A DNA stretch of 64,000 bases, taken from a virus. Its lineage: Duplodnaviria; Caudoviricetes. Positions 58,273 through 64,000 of this stretch are shown here, piece by piece. Under the pieces are notes generated by a model. That model had not been told where the DNA came from and searched no databases. It worked only from the letters and a program-made list of their open reading frames with translations. A program made the translations under genes and the position numbers. Location of the stretch: positions 11,448 through 75,447 of the IMG/VR virus record IMGVR_UViG_3300020046_003652, one strand, 5' to 3'. Every line of letters starts with the position of its first letter. The stretch's first letter is position 1.

Positions 58273-58837
58273 TTGTTATTACTGTTCCGCCGTTAGTTAC
58301 TGTAAAATAACAAGCGGTACCATCGCTCGTCATGTAGCTACCATCTCGAAGTATAGATAAGAATCTACTCCCACCTGTTTCAAAGTATACTACAATTTTA
58401 CCACTACTAGTAATCATTCCCACTTCGTTATAGAATCCTGGTTTATTACCACAAAAATCATGAAATACTGTAATATTTTCATTAGTTTGTAATGTCACTA
58501 ATGTTGTCGTTTGTGTAGTTACAATAGTTTGTATCGTTGAGATATTAGATAAAGTACTAGCTATTTGATTTTGTAACAATAAATAATCATTTGACTCTTT
58601 ATCTGATAATTGATTTAATTGTAACTCTAATCCTTGTAACTTAATTGAATCTGTATTTATCATACTAATAGTAAGACTTACCAGATTTTCAATCAATAAC
58701 ACTCGACGATTAAGGTCTTCTATTTGTTCATTTTGACTTGTTTGTTGTTTTTTAAGTTCATCTACTTGGTCTTGAATTCCGCATCCGGTTAGACCTAATA
58801 CAAGAACTAAAACTACCAAGTACATATATTGTTTCAT
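58259..58837 (-). CDS. Lipoprotein with coiled coil and C-terminal beta domain
   Basis: LGLTGC lipobox, heptad coiled coil, DFCGNKPGFYNEV. Confidence 0.7.
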   Translation of the reverse strand: MKQYMYLVVLVLVLGLTGCGIQDQVDELKKQQTSQNEQIEDLNRRVLLIENLVSLTISMINTDSIKLQGLELQLNQLSDKESNDYLLLQNQIASTLSNISTIQTIVTTQTTTLVTLQTNENITVFHDFCGNKPGFYNEVGMITSSGKIVVYFETGGSRFLSILRDGSYMTSDGTACYFTVTNGGTVITNEHY

Positions 58838-59172
58838 TTTGATTTTCTTTTGTGTTTAACTAATTTCTTAGGTAATTTAAATAATACTAAGCTACCTTTT
58901 CTATGTTCATTATCGCTAGTTTTAATTCCATATGCTTTCTTTTTAAGCAATTCATGAAGTAAATATGTCTCTAAGTGATGACCAAATGCTTCATAGAATA
59001 CATCACTAACTAACATTCCATAATCTAAAGGCCATCCTTGTTTCTTTTTAGGATTAAAATGATTTTTATGTAAATCATCTACTACTTTTTTAGCTGCTTT
59101 TTTAAGCGCAGCATTAGTATTTTTATTACTTAAAAACTTTTCATCAATTACGATATTTATCATAGGTTTCAT
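58834..59172 (-). CDS. Hypothetical early protein
   Basis: Downstream of TTGACA-17-TACAGT (59223-59195). Confidence 0.55.
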   Translation of the reverse strand: MKPMINIVIDEKFLSNKNTNAALKKAAKKVVDDLHKNHFNPKKKQGWPLDYGMLVSDVFYEAFGHHLETYLLHELLKKKAYGIKTSDNEHRKGSLVLFKLPKKLVKHKRKSK

Positions 59173-59194
59173 ATGTACTTTCTCCGTTACAATT

Positions 59195-59223
59195 ACTGTA
59201 CTATATTATTAATATTATGTCAA
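59195..59223 (-). promoter_or_regulatory. Sigma70-type promoter
   Basis: TTGACA-17-TACAGT. Confidence 0.6.
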
Positions 59224-59226
59224 GGG

Positions 59227-61119
59227 TTATTTAATTGGACACTGTCCACCAATACATTCGAAACTGTCTAACATATCAGATTCATTAACATCTCCAGAGA
59301 TAATAGGTGTAACTAATTTAGAATACTCTTCGTATTGTTCTTTATTTATTTCTTCCATTGGTGCTTGTAAAAAACCATGATCGCTATGTAATAAGAAACT
59401 TACCGATTTAACTGAGTTATTATAATTCCTATATAACCAATCTTTAATAGAATCTAACTCTTCTTTTTTATAATACACAGTACAACTTACCGCATTATCT
59501 GACCATTCAGTTTGCATTCTTTTTACATATTCTAATTGTTCTACTGCGGTTAACTCTTTAGCTAATACAGTCCCTTGAGGAACTGCACAAGGGAAAGAAA
59601 CTACCACAGTATTTCTATCTTCTGTACCATCGAACTTCTTTTGGTATTCAGAATAGTATCCGTGTTTACGACATAGATTGGCTAATGGACTATTAGACGC
59701 TATTCTAATTCTTCGTATATAGTACTGAGCAAAAGCAGGATGAACCCCACTAGTGACTCCAGCTAACAGACTTAGGGTACCACTAGGCTTAACTGTTGTA
59801 AGTTTAATCGAAGAAGGCCAATTATGTTCTAATGAGTATTGTTTATCAAATTCACGAAGACTTACATATGTATCTGATAACCAAGACCTTTGTTCTTCTG
59901 TTGCTTGTAAGTAGCCAGTTATCCCTATTCCCATTCGCATATGTTTATGTACTACTTCTTGTGTTTCTTCTAAATGACAAGGTAGTGCCATTGAATGTTT
60001 ATTGATACGATATAAATATTTACATACTTTAAATAATTCTTCTTTAGAATTAATATTAGGTAAAAATACTTCAGCTAAGCAACATGTCTCATATGGTGCT
60101 AACGACTGCTCGGCGCAAGGATTGAAAATAGCAACATCTGGATCTGGATATTGGGTTTCACCTAGTCTACCCATTTGTCTAGCTAAGCTCAAATTAATCA
60201 AACCAAAAGGTTCACCATTACCTTTGTATCCTTCCCAAAATTGTTCTGGTAATTTACTGATATCGTTACATACTACTGAGTTATTAGACATAGCTCTATA
60301 GTTCGGTATAGACCCTAGGTCCCATCGTTTAGAATTTAAGTACTGTAAATCATCGGCATCACCCAATGCGATTTCCGCTGATCTGCGCACGTTTCCTGCA
60401 ACTACAATAGATCCAATAATATTCATTATATCTAAAGCATCTATTGGTCTTATTTTTTTATTAGCTCTATCATTTAATACTTTATTAATATCAGCAATTC
60501 CTTGACATAATTCTTCTGGGCCTGATGCTGATCCACCGAATCCTTTAATTAAAGCCCCTTTACTTCTTATTAATACAGTTGAATATGTAAAGCTTTTACC
60601 TGTTTCAAAATGAGCTTTAAGTGTTTCTTCTAATAATTTAACCCAACCAGCTCTAGTATCTGGTACAATAAAATCAGCATCGTTTGTGTCTTGTCTTGTA
60701 ATTTTAACTTTTTTTACTTTAGGTAATTGATATACGTATTCTCTTTGTATATTAAACCCTACTCCACTGCCTAGCATCAATGCATCCATAGCCCAAGTAA
60801 ATGCTCGAATAGAATCAACTACTGTAGCTGCGCAGTTCTGTAAGCTAAGAAGTCCTAGTTTTGATACAGTTTTAGTACCTAATTGCCACCAGAATCGTCC
60901 GGCAACTGATCCTTTTAATGACATGAATATTTCAATTAATTCTTTTTCTTCTTGTTCATTAAATCCTACTTTAAGTTGAGTTTTACATGCTTTAATTACT
61001 CTATCAATAGAATCTGTAAATTCTTCAGTTACAGAATTTGGATCATTTTCATTTAATCTTCTAGCGTATGTTCTTTTAAATGTAACATAACCTAATGGTC
61101 CCCATGGTGTTTTTGACAC
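59227..61119 (-). CDS. nrdJ: Class II adenosylcobalamin-dependent ribonucleotide reductase (monomeric RTPR type)
   Basis: TFKRTYAR, AGRFWW, LQNCA, VAGNVRRSAEI, NPCAEQ...CCLAE, TTVKPSGT and C-terminal CIGGQCPIK. Confidence 0.95.
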   Translation of the reverse strand: MSKTPWGPLGYVTFKRTYARRLNENDPNSVTEEFTDSIDRVIKACKTQLKVGFNEQEEKELIEIFMSLKGSVAGRFWWQLGTKTVSKLGLLSLQNCAATVVDSIRAFTWAMDALMLGSGVGFNIQREYVYQLPKVKKVKITRQDTNDADFIVPDTRAGWVKLLEETLKAHFETGKSFTYSTVLIRSKGALIKGFGGSASGPEELCQGIADINKVLNDRANKKIRPIDALDIMNIIGSIVVAGNVRRSAEIALGDADDLQYLNSKRWDLGSIPNYRAMSNNSVVCNDISKLPEQFWEGYKGNGEPFGLINLSLARQMGRLGETQYPDPDVAIFNPCAEQSLAPYETCCLAEVFLPNINSKEELFKVCKYLYRINKHSMALPCHLEETQEVVHKHMRMGIGITGYLQATEEQRSWLSDTYVSLREFDKQYSLEHNWPSSIKLTTVKPSGTLSLLAGVTSGVHPAFAQYYIRRIRIASNSPLANLCRKHGYYSEYQKKFDGTEDRNTVVVSFPCAVPQGTVLAKELTAVEQLEYVKRMQTEWSDNAVSCTVYYKKEELDSIKDWLYRNYNNSVKSVSFLLHSDHGFLQAPMEEINKEQYEEYSKLVTPIISGDVNESDMLDSFECIGGQCPIK

Positions 61120-61503
61120 AGCTATTACCCCTTTTTAAAAAAGCCTATAATTATTAAAATTAAACTAATAATATACAATATAATCATTTCTTATATTTAT
61201 TCCTAATATTAGTTAATTCAACATATGACTTCATTAAGTCTACATCATTTTCTGTTTGTTTGCTAGTAAAATATTCAACATATACATTTTTATATGCTAA
61301 ATAAATAATAGTACTAAAACCTATAATAGCTACATAATTACCTAACAGTAAATTAAACATTTATAACTCCTTTGTTGCTACTACAATATATGCTTCATGA
61401 ATCTTTATTATTATTGTGTTATTTAATCTACTTATAAAATAATAGTCATATACTTTATAAAATAAATCAGCAGTAAATCCTTTTGTTTGGTCTGTATATA
61501 ATT

Positions 61504-61959
61504 TCATATAAAATACTGTTTACCGTTTATTAAAGCCAATCGAATTAATGTTTTAACAGTTTGATAATTTAATTTTCTCTCTTTAGCAATATCTATTATA
61601 TCCTTCTCTTCAAATAAATAAGAATATACTAATGGTTTAGTCTTTTTACCCAATGAATCTAACCATTTAGTAATAGATTTAGTCATTACTCCCATGTCTT
61701 TATTTATTATTAATTCATATTCATTTAGTTCTTTATTAGAATCTAATGATTTAATATGTATATTGTTTTCTCTTAGCTTGCGTGGTTTATTATCTATTTT
61801 AGTTTTACTATTAGTACTGTTGACATATGTATCATTAACAGCGTCAATGGCTTTATTTTTATCTTTAAACACTTTAGTAAAGTAAGTAATATAATATTTA
61901 TAATTCTCTTCTATTTCTTGTTGTAACTCAGATCTTATATTTCCGATGTTCTCTTTCAA
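61504..61959 (-). CDS. ECF-like RNA polymerase sigma factor
   Basis: Likely TTG start after GGAG. Region-2-like YKYYITYFTKVFKDKNKAIDAVNDTY and region-4 HTH YSYLFEEKDIIDIAKERKLNYQTVKTLIRLA. Confidence 0.65.
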   Translation of the reverse strand: MKENIGNIRSELQQEIEENYKYYITYFTKVFKDKNKAIDAVNDTYVNSTNSKTKIDNKPRKLRENNIHIKSLDSNKELNEYELIINKDMGVMTKSITKWLDSLGKKTKPLVYSYLFEEKDIIDIAKERKLNYQTVKTLIRLALINGKQYFI

Positions 61960-62185
61960 ATTTTGCTCCCAACAACAATAGTTTAGTTTTAACTTCTTTT
62001 TTAGCCATAGTAACAGAACTAGCAGTTCCATTATACACTACTTCGTTATTAGAATTGTACACTACCCACTCAATACGGTCAAGCAGTAAGTTAATATGTC
62101 CCATATAAAAATCATTAGAACAAAATAAATCATCTGTAAATAGTAATGTCTTATCTTTACTCTGATAAAACATTAGTCTCTTCAT
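61928..62185 (-). CDS. Hypothetical protein
   Basis: 85 aa in the tiled operon. Confidence 0.55.
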   Translation of the reverse strand: MKRLMFYQSKDKTLLFTDDLFCSNDFYMGHINLLLDRIEWVVYNSNNEVVYNGTASSVTMAKKEVKTKLLLLGAKFEREHRKYKI

Positions 62186-62604
62186 AACGGAGTAAGCTCC
62201 ATACTAGTAAACTTAACAAACAACTTAACATCATAATTGTTTTTAAAGATCTCAAAGGTAGTTCTAGCATCTACTAAGGCACCTTCAAAGTACTTAGCTG
62301 TACCTAGTTGTTGGTACTTCTCAGACATAAATATCTTTGATTCTTTAGCATCTGTTAGATTCTCTTTGTATGTTTCATGATTCATAGATCGTTTAAAGTA
62401 TCCCCATGACCAAAACGAATGACTGTTCTTATCAGGGCTAGGTGCATCTCCAACAGGGTATGGAGTAGTTCTGTAGTGTTGTTTAATAGTAGTTTCTATG
62501 TCTTGTTCATTATGTGCTGTAAATACTATGTCAGACTTCTTAACCTTCATTAATCCATTAGGTCCTGGTTGTACTGATTCATATTTTAATTCTTCTACAT
62601 TCAT
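62182..62604 (-). CDS. Hypothetical protein
   Basis: 140 aa, AAGGA RBS. Confidence 0.6.
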   Translation of the reverse strand: MNVEELKYESVQPGPNGLMKVKKSDIVFTAHNEQDIETTIKQHYRTTPYPVGDAPSPDKNSHSFWSWGYFKRSMNHETYKENLTDAKESKIFMSEKYQQLGTAKYFEGALVDARTTFEIFKNNYDVKLFVKFTSMELTPL

Positions 62605-62605
62605 A

Positions 62606-62905
62606 TTAAATCCTTAACTCACAGTTTTTATTGTTAACTAATACCGAACTTGTATCTATAATCCAACTTGGTGTAGTATCTGGAAGAATGTATTTATTAT
62701 TAATCACTCCCTGTAGTACATATTCTTTCTGTTTTAATACCGCAGATGTTCTTATTTCTATCACCTTTTCGACATATAACCCATTAGATAAACAATCACC
62801 TATTTGATATTTGGCTTGCATTTTTGGTAAGTTAGTAACAATAAAATCGTTGGTTGATAACCCTAATACTAACCCTGCTACAAAAACTAATATTAAAATT
62901 CTCAT
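62606..62905 (-). CDS. Membrane-anchored/exported hypothetical protein
   Basis: Hydrophobic N-terminus MRILILVFVAGLVLGL. Confidence 0.55.
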   Translation of the reverse strand: MRILILVFVAGLVLGLSTNDFIVTNLPKMQAKYQIGDCLSNGLYVEKVIEIRTSAVLKQKEYVLQGVINNKYILPDTTPSWIIDTSSVLVNNKNCELRI

Positions 62906-62906
62906 A

Positions 62907-63116
62907 TTAAATTCCTTTATCTTTTTTAATTAATTCTAATACATACTCAGCAAATTCCTCGGCTTGGCCTATCGTTTCATTAAAAAACTGAGCAAGTATG
63001 ATTCCTTTTTTAAAATATCCATATTTATCAGTAGTCCCGTTTATTAATAATGTAGTAGTTTCGTATCCTGGTATATCTGGATTATCATGCTTAGCTAATT
63101 GTATTTTCTTCTTCAT
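62907..63116 (-). CDS. Hypothetical protein
   Basis: Likely start MKKKIQ at 63116. Confidence 0.5.
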   Translation of the reverse strand: MKKKIQLAKHDNPDIPGYETTTLLINGTTDKYGYFKKGIILAQFFNETIGQAEEFAEYVLELIKKDKGI

Positions 63117-63117
63117 A

Positions 63118-63327
63118 TTAAATCCTTTTTCTAGTTTGTATATAATTAAATCCACCAGAATTTGAACTAGCTAATATAATCTTTACATTATCTCCAGATA
63201 AATCTTCAAACTCCACTACTAGTCTATCCATACCATCTATCATTTCTATATGTATTTCGGCTTGAACAGCAAAAACTGATTTAAGTTCTTTTATTGCTGT
63301 CTCTAAATCTTTTACATCTATTTTCAT
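63118..63327 (-). CDS. Hypothetical protein
   Basis: 69 aa, GAGGTG RBS. Confidence 0.55.
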   Translation of the reverse strand: MKIDVKDLETAIKELKSVFAVQAEIHIEMIDGMDRLVVEFEDLSGDNVKIILASSNSGGFNYIQTRKRI

Positions 63328-63608
63328 TTTTCACCTCTAAACTCTTTCAACTTTTGAAGTGCCACTTGAGCAACATCAAAACATTCATTTTTTGCATTCT
63401 CTGCATCACAATTTACACTTGTATCATGCCCAATTCTTTCCAATGCCCCCTCAAGCTCTGCAATTATCTTTTCATACTCGGCAGATGCTACGTCAAAGCC
63501 TTCTATAAACTTAAGTCTACGTTGTTCATAATCGTATGAAGCCCAGCCTGAAATCGAAGGTACTACTTTTAATGTCATTTCATTTTTCAATTTCTCGAGT
63601 CTGTTCAT
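63324..63608 (-). CDS. Hypothetical coiled-coil protein
   Basis: 94 aa, GAGGTG RBS. Confidence 0.55.
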   Translation of the reverse strand: MNRLEKLKNEMTLKVVPSISGWASYDYEQRRLKFIEGFDVASAEYEKIIAELEGALERIGHDTSVNCDAENAKNECFDVAQVALQKLKEFRGEK

Positions 63609-63617
63609 TTTTCACCT

Positions 63618-63968
63618 CTATAATTTCAAAGCTTCACATGCTGCTAATATATCAGCTTGTTGTTCTGGTGTAAAGGTATTAAATCCTACTTGATCTCCAC
63701 AATATTTATTCTTAAAATCTAATACATCTGCAACATTAATATTAAATATTTTCATATTCTCTAATGTACAATTAGCAATTGATTCTTTCTGTAGTTCTGC
63801 TGTTGTAAAATTACTTAACGGATTAGCCTCTAAACATAACTCTTTAATTTGCTCTAGGTATTCAAGCCTTACTACTACATAGGTATAACTACTACCAGAC
63901 TGTGTTAGCTTTTGTTCGCCATTGAATCCACATCCAGCTAGTAACAATAACATAATTAATAATTTCAT
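63618..63968 (-). CDS. Lipoprotein
   Basis: MKLLIMLLLLAGC lipobox; four further Cys in the mature part. Confidence 0.7.
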   Translation of the reverse strand: MKLLIMLLLLAGCGFNGEQKLTQSGSSYTYVVVRLEYLEQIKELCLEANPLSNFTTAELQKESIANCTLENMKIFNINVADVLDFKNKYCGDQVGFNTFTPEQQADILAACEALKL

Positions 63969-64000
63969 TTTTTAATCTCCAAATAAAAAGTCAGATATTA

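Noticed and set aside
1-64000. Stop-codon reassignment to explain the ORF-poor stretches
   Set aside because: Core genes are full length in the standard code, and the gaps resolve into short tiled ORFs with normal stops.
1-64000. tRNA, rRNA, integrase or transposase genes
   Set aside because: No cloverleaf, rRNA-like or recombinase/transposase motifs recognised by eye; tRNAscan-SE would be needed to exclude tRNAs formally.

Overview
AT-rich dsDNA bacteriophage (Caudoviricetes) segment with podovirus-like architecture and no tape-measure, tube or sheath genes. The + strand (1-33.3 kb) is the virion module: terminase C-terminus, portal, scaffold, major capsid, several fibre proteins, adaptor, nozzle and a run of ejection proteins. 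The - strand (33.3-64 kb) holds a putative lysis/membrane cluster, nucleotide metabolism (DUF5664, metallophosphoesterase, NrdJ), a MoxR-type AAA+/vWA pair, a split family B polymerase, primase-helicase, ERF, a Cas4-like nuclease, a secreted subtilase, lipoproteins and an ECF-like sigma factor. Main observations: (1) about 40 tightly tiled 36-87 aa mini-ORFs in dispersed arrays, mostly missed by the ORF track and mostly joined by the same TTA-TGA/ATG junction; (2) a Hint autoprocessing domain on an ejection protein; (3) a TAACAACT motif before late genes, plausibly read by the phage sigma factor; (4) a sigma70 promoter and terminator bracketing the scaffold gene in antisense; (5) an HNH gene that duplicates the start of the gene it precedes. 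All family calls come from reading motifs by eye; no database search was run. The host cannot be determined beyond a likely diderm that uses Shine-Dalgarno initiation.
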